DNA of 42,953 bases from Candidatus Absconditabacterales bacterium (GTDB taxonomy: Bacteria; Patescibacteriota; Gracilibacteria; Absconditabacterales; Absconditicoccaceae): assembly GCA_045643505.1 (NCBI GenBank), contig JAZUKX010000012.1, positions 1-42,953 of the forward strand, in the 5' to 3' direction. The position numbers and the translations under genes were made by a program. Below, one piece after another: positions 7,247 through 15,913 of this stretch (within the stretch, counting starts at the first letter, position 1; each line of letters opens with the position of its first letter). A model generated the notes under the pieces. The model did no database searches. It was not told the origin of the DNA and saw only the letters and a program-made list of their open reading frames with translations.

Positions 7247-7422
7247 TTAAGGCTATTATAGCGATTTATAGTAATATATCTTATTTAGGTTACTTAATTA
7301 AATCAAAAGGATTACACTTATGAATAAAATGAATAATATTTTAAATAATGTTGATGTTAATTACGTTCCCTTTATTTTAAGAACTAACATTAAAGCAATT
7401 AATGATATGGAGAATATTAGAG

Positions 7423-7749
7423 ATGGCTACCGAAAACAATATTATAGAAAATATACTAGACGAGATAAAAACCACTCAAATTTTAATCCGTACTAATAAT
7501 TTATTATTATCTAGGTTTATATTACAACTTCAAGAAGTTAGAAAAGAATTAGATCTACCTAAACGAAATACATTTTTTAAGTTTGAAATAGATGAAGATG
7601 ATTATGATGAATTAGTTGAAAAGTTTGGCAATAAAGAAGTTGATAAAGCTTTATATCGCTTAGATAGATTATTACTAACAAATAAGCAAGAGTTACCTAA
7701 TAATATAAAAAGATACATAATGAAGAAATTAAAGGACAAAGAATTATGA
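7423..7749 (+). CDS. DnaD-like / replisome-organizer-like domain protein (weak)
   Basis: FEIDEDDYDELVEKFGNKEVDKALYRLDRLL resembles the DnaD/phage replisome organizer C-terminal repeat. The start is ambiguous (7402 or 7423). Confidence 0.45.
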   Translation: MATENNIIENILDEIKTTQILIRTNNLLLSRFILQLQEVRKELDLPKRNTFFKFEIDEDDYDELVEKFGNKEVDKALYRLDRLLLTNKQELPNNIKRYIMKKLKDKEL

Positions 7750-7916
7750 ATTTTAAAAGAATAAATGACAAAGTTATTATAGATATTGATGAAATATTAT
7801 CAGTAGAAACTACAATATATAAAACTCCTAGAGTGGTAGTAACATTTAAAAAACGCAAAGATTGTGAATATTATGATTGTAGTATTGATGAAATAGAAAA
7901 AGCTTTAAAAGGATAA
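7746..7916 (+). CDS. hypothetical small protein (56 aa, MNFKRINDKVIIDIDEIL...)
   Basis: Hand-called. ATGA overlap with the previous stop; 57 codons to TAA 7914-7916. Confidence 0.6.
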   Translation: MNFKRINDKVIIDIDEILSVETTIYKTPRVVVTFKKRKDCEYYDCSIDEIEKALKG

Positions 7917-7924
7917 AAAAAAGA

Positions 7925-8014
7925 ATGAATGATTTAGATAAAGACGTTAAATTATTCCTCATATTGTTAGTCTATTTAATTATAGGCGGTTTAGTAATAG
8001 GAGTGTTAGTGTGA
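7925..8014 (+). CDS. 29-aa hydrophobic micropeptide (MNDLDKDVKLFLILLVYLIIGGLVIGVLV)
   Basis: Hand-called. ATG 7925. The TGA stop overlaps the GTG start of the next gene (GTGA). Confidence 0.4.
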   Translation: MNDLDKDVKLFLILLVYLIIGGLVIGVLV

Positions 8015-8337
8015 TAAAAAACTCTAATAATGGAAAGCAAGTTAATTCTAACTTAAAGTATCTCTCAAGATGTCATTACTATGGTAAACTAGTAAACTGG
8101 GAATATGTATCTGAAGCTATGATTCTCGTGTTAAATGTTTATGTAGCTAGTGAATATTTTGGAGGTACAGTTCCTATTAGAGTTTATGTACCAACAGAAA
8201 TGGAAAAGAAACTAATCAATAATCTTATAGTAGGTGATAGTTATTATGTAATAGCAGCTCCTTATAAGATTAAATGGAATAAGAAATATCAACATAGAGT
8301 TGATTTATTAGTAAATATTACACAGGAGGTTTATTAA
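8011..8337 (+). CDS. hypothetical protein
   Basis: ORF track; GTG start after AGGAG. Confidence 0.7.
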   Translation: MIKNSNNGKQVNSNLKYLSRCHYYGKLVNWEYVSEAMILVLNVYVASEYFGGTVPIRVYVPTEMEKKLINNLIVGDSYYVIAAPYKIKWNKKYQHRVDLLVNITQEVY

Positions 8338-8338
8338 T

Positions 8339-8896
8339 ATGGCTAGGAAAATAAGTCACGGAGTATCTACTCAAGATTTATTAATAGGATTAATATTAGA
8401 TTTATCTCCTAAACAATGCGAGAAATTATATACTGAGTTATTACCTAGATATTCAACTAGAGCTAAAACTCATTTATATAATGAACAAGGAGAAGAAGAT
8501 CCCAACGGTAAAATAAGATTAACTCCTTACCAATATAAAGCAATAAGAACTAAATTTGGTGATAGCTTTATCAAAAAAGCTTTTACTGAATTAACATCTT
8601 ATATAAAATACTTAGAAGATAATCAAGAAACTAACTCAAATTATAAGAGTAAGTTAAGAGATTATAATTCTAAAACTCACGCAAATATAATAGAGAAGGG
8701 TTGGATATACGATAAATGTAAACAGTATATTTGTCATGATAGACCTCAAGTTGCTATAGATCCTTATAATATAGGTGATCTAGAAACAGCTAAAGAATAT
8801 ATTAGATCTATTCATCCTTCACTTAGAGCGACAGCTATGGATGTTAAATTATTAGTTATGAAATTCCCAGAGTTAAAGGATGTAGATTTTGAATAA
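8339..8896 (+). CDS. DnaD-like replisome organizer / helicase-loader candidate
   Basis: IRLTPYQYKAIRTKFGDSFIKKAFTELTSYI ... YKSKLRDY matches the pattern of the DnaD / conserved phage C-terminus domain. Lies directly upstream of the helicase. Confidence 0.55.
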   Translation: MARKISHGVSTQDLLIGLILDLSPKQCEKLYTELLPRYSTRAKTHLYNEQGEEDPNGKIRLTPYQYKAIRTKFGDSFIKKAFTELTSYIKYLEDNQETNSNYKSKLRDYNSKTHANIIEKGWIYDKCKQYICHDRPQVAIDPYNIGDLETAKEYIRSIHPSLRATAMDVKLLVMKFPELKDVDFE

Positions 8897-9809
8897 TAAT
8901 AATGAAGAATACATTAATAAAAGAGAATATAAACCAGTACCATTATTAGATGGTATAGAGGAGATTCGTAATGACTTTGAAGAACGTATGGAACAAGGTG
9001 ATACAACTTATGGTATTGAAATTCTTGACGATTGCGTTGAAACTATACGCAAGGGTTCGGTTACTTTTATTATTGCCGCTCCGAATACTGGGAAGTCGTT
9101 ATGGTCACAAGTTATTGCGGCGAATTTGGCTAAACAAAATAAACAAGTACTTATCTGTTCGTGCGAAATGGGTGCTGGATTACTTATGGAACGTCAAATC
9201 CGTATGCTTCTCGGTATAAGTACATATCAATTAAGAAAGATGTATTCTGATAGACGTGATGTAGCTAATACATTAATGGATAGTTTAATAGTAGATGAAA
9301 ACTATGCATATTTACAAAATGTAGCAATATGCGAAACAGGAGGAGCTACAGTTGAAGATTTAATCAAAATGTTTGATTGTTATAATGAATATGAATATAT
9401 AATAGTTGATTATATTCAAAGGGTTAGAGGTCAAGGTTCTGAATATGAGGTAATAACTAATGCAGCTAGAGAACTTCAAACGTACGCTAGACGAACAGGA
9501 AAGAAATTTATTATATGCTCACAGGCTTCTAGGTTATCAAATGATGATTCAAAATACGGATCTAAAGTTGATGGTTCTAGAATTAGGGGTAAAGGTTCTG
9601 GAAGTATCGAAGAAGATGCAGATGTTGGTATCACTTTACTTGAATTACCAGAAGAAGGTGATCGTAAGATCCTCGCTACTTGTTTTAAAAATAGGTATGG
9701 AAACCTTAAAAATATAAGTTATAAATACGTTATGGATTCTAGGATGTGTTTAAGGCTAGAACAAAAGAATTATATACCACCAGAGAAAAATAATCAAAGG
9801 AGGTCGTAA
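8889..9809 (+). CDS. DnaB-family / RecA-fold replicative helicase (C-terminal ATPase domain type)
   Basis: Walker A IIAAPNTGKSLW; Walker B-like YIIVDYIQ; arginine-finger-like region. TTG start after AAAGGA. Confidence 0.75.
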   Translation: MNNNNEEYINKREYKPVPLLDGIEEIRNDFEERMEQGDTTYGIEILDDCVETIRKGSVTFIIAAPNTGKSLWSQVIAANLAKQNKQVLICSCEMGAGLLMERQIRMLLGISTYQLRKMYSDRRDVANTLMDSLIVDENYAYLQNVAICETGGATVEDLIKMFDCYNEYEYIIVDYIQRVRGQGSEYEVITNAARELQTYARRTGKKFIICSQASRLSNDDSKYGSKVDGSRIRGKGSGSIEEDADVGITLLELPEEGDRKILATCFKNRYGNLKNISYKYVMDSRMCLRLEQKNYIPPEKNNQRRS

Positions 9810-10075
9810 TGGCATTATTTAATAAATTACCTAAGACTATTACGTTAGGTATAATGTTAATAAAAGCATTAGATCTAAAGGATGGGTTAAGATTAATTCA
9901 AGAAATATTATATCTGTATAGAGAATTTTATATTAGAACTAGAATAGATCCTAAAATAAGAGAATATACAGTAAGTTTTAGTTATAAAGATAACCAACTA
10001 ATTCAATTTAATACAACTGACTTAAAAGAATTATTAGATGTTGCACGAAGAATAAAGGAGTCCAGAATTGACTAA
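9809..10075 (+). CDS. hypothetical protein
   Basis: ORF track; TAATG coupling to the helicase gene. Confidence 0.75.
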   Translation: MALFNKLPKTITLGIMLIKALDLKDGLRLIQEILYLYREFYIRTRIDPKIREYTVSFSYKDNQLIQFNTTDLKELLDVARRIKESRID

Positions 10076-10661
10076 AGAAAACAATTTAGATGATTTTAGA
10101 TTTGAAGAATATCCTAATATAAAAAAATCAGATTTACTTCCTAAAGGTTCTGATGCGTATAAATATCATACTCATCAAGAAATAATAAAAGCTTGGAATG
10201 AAAGATTTGAAGAATCTACAAATACTAAATATAAAAAAGAAATAAAAAATTTCAAAGGAGAACCATCAAAATATCCTCCGTTACCATCAGCAGAGCAAAT
10301 AGCTGAAGAAAAATTGAGCTATGATTTAACAGATGATGGTACTGGTAAGAAATATGATACTGGTAAACCTATGGTTGGAGCTTTATGCAGAGTATTTCCT
10401 AGAGCTTTAATGGCAATAGGAGCTTGTATAGAATTTGGTACTCATAAATATCCTAAACCTGATAATTGGAAAAAAGTTGAAGGAGCTTATACACGATATC
10501 AAGATTCAATGGTTCGTCATTATTTAAAACATCTTCAAGATCAAGTCAAAGATGATGAAACAGGAAAATTACATCTAGCTCATTTATGCTGGAACGCATT
10601 GGCAATAACAGAATTGTACTTAATGGAACACCCTGAATTAATGGAGGAATTAAATAAATAA
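10068..10661 (+). CDS. dATP/dGTP diphosphohydrolase-like (DUF5664-type) protein
   Basis: KYDTGKPMVGAL ... GTHKYP ... NWKK ... RH ... ETGK.HLAH pattern as I recall for that family. TTG start after AAGGAG. Confidence 0.5.
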   Translation: MTKENNLDDFRFEEYPNIKKSDLLPKGSDAYKYHTHQEIIKAWNERFEESTNTKYKKEIKNFKGEPSKYPPLPSAEQIAEEKLSYDLTDDGTGKKYDTGKPMVGALCRVFPRALMAIGACIEFGTHKYPKPDNWKKVEGAYTRYQDSMVRHYLKHLQDQVKDDETGKLHLAHLCWNALAITELYLMEHPELMEELNK

Positions 10662-10662
10662 T

Positions 10663-11265
10663 ATGCTAAAAGGTAAAGAAGTTTTTAAAGTAGTTAAAAC
10701 TATTGAACAAATAATAGATACTAAAGCAAATATAATATCTAAAGAACAAAAAGTTGATAGAGATGATGCGAGAAGCATTATTTATTTAACAACAATAGAT
10801 TTCTTTAGAAAATTCTATGATAATAAAAGAAGTAAACCTATTACATTCTTTTTAAATTTTTGTTTACCTAGAGCTAAAACAGAAATAATAAGACAAATGC
10901 ATCCATTAAAATTATCTTATGATTCTATAGAAAAAGGAACATATAAAAAGTTTTCTTTTACATCTTTGGATTGTAGGGTTGGAGATGCAGATGATAATGA
11001 TTTATATGATTTATATACTCCATACGAAGATAATACTATAGAACTATTTGATATAAAAACTTATGGTAATAAGCTATTAAATAAATCTAAATTAACAGCT
11101 AAAGAGAAAAAAGTTATCAAAATGTATTTTGGTTTATATAACGATAAACAATATACGTTAAAAGAAATTGGTAAAGCTTATAATATTTGCCATGAAACAG
11201 CTAGAAGAATTAAAGATACAGGAATTAAAAAGATTAAAACATATAATAGAATAGGAGATTACTAA
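10663..11265 (+). CDS. phage-encoded sigma-70-family sigma factor (regions 2 and 4 only)
   Basis: C-terminal LTAKEKKVIKMYFGL..YTLKEIGKAYNICHETARRIKDTGIKKIK is a region-4 HTH. There is an N-terminal region-2-like segment. Confidence 0.75.
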   Translation: MLKGKEVFKVVKTIEQIIDTKANIISKEQKVDRDDARSIIYLTTIDFFRKFYDNKRSKPITFFLNFCLPRAKTEIIRQMHPLKLSYDSIEKGTYKKFSFTSLDCRVGDADDNDLYDLYTPYEDNTIELFDIKTYGNKLLNKSKLTAKEKKVIKMYFGLYNDKQYTLKEIGKAYNICHETARRIKDTGIKKIKTYNRIGDY

Positions 11266-11266
11266 T

Positions 11267-11497
11267 ATGTCAGATGAACTAGAAGTTAAAGAAGAAAAGA
11301 TGGAAATAGCTAGAATCAATTTTGGCTTTGCGATAACTAGAGATGAAGCTAATGCAGTAATTAATAAACCTAAAGGAACTATTGCTAGAAAATTAAGAAA
11401 ATATATGATATCTATTTTGAAAGCTGGATGTAAAAAGATGTTAGAAACTAACCCAGAAGAAAATGTAAATAATTGTGAAGTAGATATTGAAACTTAA
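11267..11497 (+). CDS. hypothetical protein
   Basis: ORF track; tightly coupled to the sigma gene. Confidence 0.75.
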   Translation: MSDELEVKEEKMEIARINFGFAITRDEANAVINKPKGTIARKLRKYMISILKAGCKKMLETNPEENVNNCEVDIET

Positions 11498-11516
11498 ACT
11501 TAATATATGTTATACT
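11487..11516 (+). promoter_or_regulatory. extended -10 promoter (TTGAAA-18-TGtTATACT)
   Basis: -35 at 11487-11492; TGt then TATACT at 11511-11516. Upstream of the exonuclease gene. Confidence 0.5.
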
Positions 11517-11538
11517 ATAAATAGGAGGATAAATATAA

Positions 11539-12306
11539 ATGACTATAGCTTTATTGGACTATGATGGATTTATATGCAAATCTTATTATGCTTGTATAGC
11601 TAGAGATGTTAATGATTTTGATGAAATGCTAGATGTGTTAAATGATTTAGAAACAGCAGCGATAAACAAGATAGATGATTTAACAGAAATCAAAAGAGTT
11701 ATATCAGGTCATAGCTGGAAGAAAGATATTTATCCTACATATAAACTAGGTCGTAAAAGAGATGAAAATCTAGGAGCTTACAGAGAATATGTTAAGTTTA
11801 GATTAGAAGATAAACTAACTTGCGTACCTCAATTAGAAGCTGATGAAGTACTAGTAATGATGTATCACCACTTTGATGGTGAAGCTGTAGTATTTTCGGA
11901 TGATAAAGATTTAAGATATTATTGTCCAGTATATTGTAAAATAAATATAACTGAAGAAGTATCTGTAGAAGATGAATATTTGTACGAACAAATTGAACAG
12001 CTCCTAGCTGGTGATTCAGAAGATGGAATTATAGGGATACCGAAGGTGGGAATGGTCACGGCTAGGAAGTTGCTCGATGTAAAAGGTAAACATAATATCG
12101 AAACTGTAATTCAAATTTATAAAGAAAAAGGTATTGGATTAGATGAATGTATTAAGAATTTGGTTTTAACAATACCAATGTATGAATTATATGTAGATAA
12201 TTATAAGTATGATTTATCTGATTCAGGCACAATGAATAATATATTAGGTCAATGTAGATTTATTAGTAATAAAGTTAAGGAGATTTATGAACTTAAAGAA
12301 AGCTAA
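11539..12306 (+). CDS. 5'-3' exonuclease / flap endonuclease (FEN, RNase H-like)
   Basis: Acidic PIN-like motifs (LLDYDGF, FSDDKDL) and the H3TH motif GDSEDGIIGIPKVGMVTARKLL. Confidence 0.8.
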   Translation: MTIALLDYDGFICKSYYACIARDVNDFDEMLDVLNDLETAAINKIDDLTEIKRVISGHSWKKDIYPTYKLGRKRDENLGAYREYVKFRLEDKLTCVPQLEADEVLVMMYHHFDGEAVVFSDDKDLRYYCPVYCKINITEEVSVEDEYLYEQIEQLLAGDSEDGIIGIPKVGMVTARKLLDVKGKHNIETVIQIYKEKGIGLDECIKNLVLTIPMYELYVDNYKYDLSDSGTMNNILGQCRFISNKVKEIYELKES

Positions 12307-12469
12307 AAAGGTCAGCATAACATTAATAACATTATCGCTATGTAGTTCATTATTATATCTAGGCGATATAATTGCAGCGATAATATATTTTACAGGATTA
12401 ATAACTGTAGGAATTGGAATATTTAAAATATTAGATATAATAGTTAAGAAGATAACAGGAGATAGTTAA
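12287..12469 (+). CDS. small membrane protein (two hydrophobic segments)
   Basis: ORF track; AAGGAG RBS; hydrophobic composition. Confidence 0.65.
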   Translation: MNLKKAKKVSITLITLSLCSSLLYLGDIIAAIIYFTGLITVGIGIFKILDIIVKKITGDS

Positions 12470-12471
12470 TT

Positions 12472-12597
12472 ATGAAAATTAAAGAAGTTGACAAATGCGG
12501 TGGTAAAAAAGGTAAAGCAAAAGCAAAAGATGCTAAAACCTATGATGAAATGTTATTAGCTTATATCGAAAAGGAGTTTAATAGTGATAAGAAATAA
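12472..12597 (+). CDS. hypothetical small Lys-rich protein (41 aa, MKIKEVDKCGGKKGKAKAKD...)
   Basis: Hand-called. AGGAGA RBS; ATG 12472; TAA 12595-12597. Confidence 0.5.
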   Translation: MKIKEVDKCGGKKGKAKAKDAKTYDEMLLAYIEKEFNSDKK

Positions 12598-13312
12598 AAA
12601 AATTAACGAAGTAGAATTAAGAGTAAAAGATAAAACTATATTCGCAGCAAGTGATATACACTTTCCGTTTCAAGATGATAAAGCTGTAGATAAATTTATT
12701 AATGATTGTAATATTTATTGTCCAGATATAATAGTTTTGAATGGTGACTTAATGGATTTCTATAAACTATCAAGATTTTCTAAAGATCCTAAAGGTAGAG
12801 ATCCAGAAGAAGAAATTGATATGTGTAGAGAATTCTTAGGAAAACTAAGACAAGTATGTCCTACAGCAGAAATCTATTATACTATTGGTAATCACGAAAC
12901 TAGATTAACTAAATACATTTTAGATAATGCTCCTTATATTGTAGGACTTGTAGAGAATGTATTTGATTTATTAAAAGTATCTGAATTTAATGTAGTCGGA
13001 TGTTCTAGTCTATTGGTAAATGATACATTTATGTTTAAACACGGAACTAGATTAGGCAATAAATCTGGGCTATCAGCTATGAAAGAATTAGAAGCTCATT
13101 ACTTATCAGGTGCTACTGGACATACTCATAGATTAGCTAAGTTTACTACTAGAAAATCAGGTAAAAGATTTGTATGGTTTGAAACTGGATGTCTTTGTAC
13201 TTTAGATCCAGAATATATGGTTCAACCAGATTGGCAACAAGGTTACGCTTCGATTACTTTTGATAATAAAGGTAAATTAAAAGAATCACATATAGTAGAA
13301 ATTGGAGATTAA
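12584..13312 (+). CDS. calcineurin-like metallophosphoesterase
   Basis: Motifs DIHFP, GDLMD, GNHE and GHTH in the canonical order. GTG start after AAGGAG. Confidence 0.8.
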   Translation: MIRNKKINEVELRVKDKTIFAASDIHFPFQDDKAVDKFINDCNIYCPDIIVLNGDLMDFYKLSRFSKDPKGRDPEEEIDMCREFLGKLRQVCPTAEIYYTIGNHETRLTKYILDNAPYIVGLVENVFDLLKVSEFNVVGCSSLLVNDTFMFKHGTRLGNKSGLSAMKELEAHYLSGATGHTHRLAKFTTRKSGKRFVWFETGCLCTLDPEYMVQPDWQQGYASITFDNKGKLKESHIVEIGD

Positions 13313-13318
13313 TTAATA

Positions 13319-13498
13319 ATGAATCCAGATTTAGATTTAGTTAATAAGCAAATTAGAGATTTACAAAAAATGTTATCGTTAAAACTAGATGAAAAAACTA
13401 GACAAAGTTATTATGATACTTTAACATTTTTATTAGATACTAGAGCTTTATTAATAATGAAGGGTACAGATTGTTTACCGAAGGAGGAATTAAATTAA
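13319..13498 (+). CDS. hypothetical small protein (59 aa, MNPDLDLVNKQIRDLQKML...)
   Basis: Hand-called. GGAGA RBS; ATG 13319; TAA 13496-13498. Confidence 0.6.
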   Translation: MNPDLDLVNKQIRDLQKMLSLKLDEKTRQSYYDTLTFLLDTRALLIMKGTDCLPKEELN

Positions 13499-13499
13499 T

Positions 13500-13652
13500 A
13501 TGATTTATTTAATACACGAAACTATTTTAAATATTCATACAAGAACTGTTAGAGTTTGCAATAACGATACAGAATTAATATTAACTTTAAACGATCCAGA
13601 ATTTAAGAAAACTGTTAAAGGTAAATTATCTGTAGAGAAAGTGGTGATCTAA
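13500..13652 (+). CDS. hypothetical small protein (50 aa, MIYLIHETILNIHTRTVRV...)
   Basis: Hand-called. AAGGAGGA RBS; ATG 13500. The stop overlaps the next ATG (TAATG). Confidence 0.6.
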   Translation: MIYLIHETILNIHTRTVRVCNNDTELILTLNDPEFKKTVKGKLSVEKVVI

Positions 13653-14035
13653 TGGATATCGAAATCACAGAAGAAATGATGGAAGCTGTAGCATTAGCTT
13701 TACTCTATCGAGAAGATGCTGAATTAGCATTAAGAAAAGTTTGTACTAAAAAATTAGGCAATAAAGAATTTAGTCAATTATTTAAAGCTGTTAAAGAACA
13801 TCCTGATTTTGCAAGAATAAAAGATGATGTGTTAAAGGTTGAAGAATTAGGATTAACAGATGATAATCTAAATACAATCATGTTACAATATAATAGAATG
13901 TTACAAAAGGCACAATTTGAAGGTAAGTTTGATGTAGCAGCTAGAATATTAAAAGAAATAAGAATGATTAAAGCTATTGATAATGAGCAAATGAAATTTG
14001 AAATAGTAATAAAGGTCGAAAAAGAAAAGGAATAA
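13652..14035 (+). CDS. hypothetical helical protein
   Basis: ORF track; translational coupling on both sides. Confidence 0.75.
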   Translation: MDIEITEEMMEAVALALLYREDAELALRKVCTKKLGNKEFSQLFKAVKEHPDFARIKDDVLKVEELGLTDDNLNTIMLQYNRMLQKAQFEGKFDVAARILKEIRMIKAIDNEQMKFEIVIKVEKEKE

Positions 14036-14036
14036 T

Positions 14037-14915
14037 ATGTATTTATACCCATTTAAAATATTTACAATCTCAAAAAATAAAAGGTTGTTAGATGTTAATA
14101 ATCCTCAAAGAACTATAGGTATCTATGATGCTAAGCGGATGAATTACGAAGAAGCTTGTAAAGCGGCTTGGGATAATGATGCTTGTGTGTCTGTATTATT
14201 AGGAGATCTAACTTCTGATGTAAGACTTATGGTTCTAGATTTAGATGATTGTTTCATTGATGGAAAGATGGAAACTCAAACAAAAGAATTTTTAAAAGAG
14301 TTTTCAGAAGAAGAATATGAATTATCATCTAGTGGAGAAGGAATCCACGTTTATATTTTAACTAAATTAAAATTAGAAACTTTTATAGTTAAAGAATTAG
14401 AAGGTTGTAAATCTTTTGAGTGTTATACAAATAAAAGACATATTGTAGCTACTGAGTTTGATTTTAATAATATTAATTTAAAGGTTGGTATTCACGATAA
14501 ATTTATTCAAGATTTATATAATAGAGTAAATGAGAAAAAGAATATCCAGAATCAAACAGTAGAAGATACTAAGATAATATTTGAAGGTAGTATAGTAAAA
14601 ACTACTAGCGAAATGAATGGTAAGATATACCAAAGAACTCCAGTAACAGATATGTTTACATTAAGAGGATTAGGATTTAAAGATCCTATGATTATATCAG
14701 TAATAGATGAACATCCAGATTGTGTAGATCAATCAGCTCATGATGCTAAGTTAATTAGGAAACTAATGTATTATACTTTATCTTTTGAATCAGCTCACGA
14801 GATGGCAAAGAAAACTAATTATTATAAAGCTAAAGATGAACGTCATAAAAGAAAATTTGATGATCCTAAATATATAGAACGTACTAGAAAATTTATAATG
14901 TCAGGGAGGGCTTAA
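14037..14915 (+). CDS. archaeo-eukaryotic-type primase-polymerase (AEP prim-pol) domain protein
   Basis: Motif I LDLDDC (DxD) and motif II SSSGEGIHVY (sGxGxH). Confidence 0.65.
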   Translation: MYLYPFKIFTISKNKRLLDVNNPQRTIGIYDAKRMNYEEACKAAWDNDACVSVLLGDLTSDVRLMVLDLDDCFIDGKMETQTKEFLKEFSEEEYELSSSGEGIHVYILTKLKLETFIVKELEGCKSFECYTNKRHIVATEFDFNNINLKVGIHDKFIQDLYNRVNEKKNIQNQTVEDTKIIFEGSIVKTTSEMNGKIYQRTPVTDMFTLRGLGFKDPMIISVIDEHPDCVDQSAHDAKLIRKLMYYTLSFESAHEMAKKTNYYKAKDERHKRKFDDPKYIERTRKFIMSGRA

Positions 14916-15445
14916 TGTCTTTTAAAATAGATTGTAATACAGCTGAAAGTTTTAAGAAGTCTTTTGCTAATGGTAATTTAACTGTGCCAGTAAAAGATAT
15001 GGTATTAGCTCATGTTTATAAATGTAAAAATTGTAGAGAAATCTATAGAAATTATTATATGAAAATAGGTAAAAAATTTCATATTTATCACGAGATGTTT
15101 AAGTTCTTAATGGATAATGAAAATACATCTTATGGTCGTAATAGTTATGTGAAAGAGATTATAGAATCTAATGACATACTAAAACAGAGATATATAGATT
15201 TTATTAGTAATAAATGGACTAAGTACGCAGAAGCTGGGGATGTGCCTAAGTTAGCTACGTTAGTTGCATTTAAAGAAGTTATGGATATGGATGTTAGTGT
15301 ACCTAACGAAGATAGTAAAGAACGTGACGATATAGTAGATGCTTTATATAGATATGGACTTTATGAAGCTAAGAAGATAGCTAAAAAAGTTGATATGTTA
15401 GAAAGATGTTTAGTACTTGAACACAAAGGAGATAATGATGATTAG
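14915..15445 (+). CDS. putative zinc-binding anti-sigma-factor-like protein (zf-HC2 motif)
   Basis: The N-terminus C7 ... FANGNLTVPVKDMVLAHVYKCKNCREIY fits the ZAS pattern (C ... dG.L ... H-x3-C-x2-C), e.g. RsiW-type. No TM segment seen. Confidence 0.45.
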   Translation: MSFKIDCNTAESFKKSFANGNLTVPVKDMVLAHVYKCKNCREIYRNYYMKIGKKFHIYHEMFKFLMDNENTSYGRNSYVKEIIESNDILKQRYIDFISNKWTKYAEAGDVPKLATLVAFKEVMDMDVSVPNEDSKERDDIVDALYRYGLYEAKKIAKKVDMLERCLVLEHKGDNDD

Positions 15446-15911
15446 ATGTTTAGACAATCATTATGATGTTATTTATTGTGATATAGATAATACCATAATT
15501 TACGGATTTATGAATGAATTAATGGATATTGCTTGGAAATATACACATAGTGATTTAATAGCTGATATATTAATGACATTACAAGCTAAGTTTAAATTAT
15601 ACAAAGTGAATCATAAATTAGTTCACATGTTAAAAACTTGCGAAAAGCCAGTAGTATTTTTAACAGCTAGAAAAGAACATCCAGCTACTAAGGAGATATT
15701 AGAAAGAGAAGTAACGAAATATCATTATAGTATTTCGCTAAGAACAGATCGTCCAGCTGAAGATAAGGTACAATATATTTTAAATAATCAATGGTGCAAT
15801 ACTGAAAAATTTTGCATATTTGATGATAATAAAAAAGTAAGGGATCTAGCTATGGAATATGATATAGATGCGTTTGATCCTACCCCCCTTTATGAAGAAA
15901 TGGTGAAATAA
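15435..15911 (+). CDS. HAD-superfamily phosphatase
   Basis: Motif I YCDIDNTII (DxDxT), motif II FLTAR, C-terminal FDDN. Track TTG start 15417 trimmed to ATG 15435 (or 15438) after AAAGGAG. Confidence 0.6.
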   Translation: MMIRCLDNHYDVIYCDIDNTIIYGFMNELMDIAWKYTHSDLIADILMTLQAKFKLYKVNHKLVHMLKTCEKPVVFLTARKEHPATKEILEREVTKYHYSISLRTDRPAEDKVQYILNNQWCNTEKFCIFDDNKKVRDLAMEYDIDAFDPTPLYEEMVK

Positions 15912-15913
15912 TA

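Noticed and set aside
7320-7496. 58-codon ORF (MNKMNNILNNVDV...) in the gap after gene 6929-7246.
   Set aside because: It has only a weak AAAGGA RBS and overlaps the better-looking 7402/7423-7749 frame by 74 nt or more. It cannot be resolved without expression or conservation data, so it is not listed as a feature.
8971-9219. Alternative-frame + strand ORFs inside larger genes (8971-9219, 9460-9717, 19289-19516, 24094-24306).
   Set aside because: They are embedded out of frame in the helicase, scaffold and nozzle-like genes. They lack an RBS. 19289-19516 is simply the Lys-rich shadow of GAA-rich acidic repeats.
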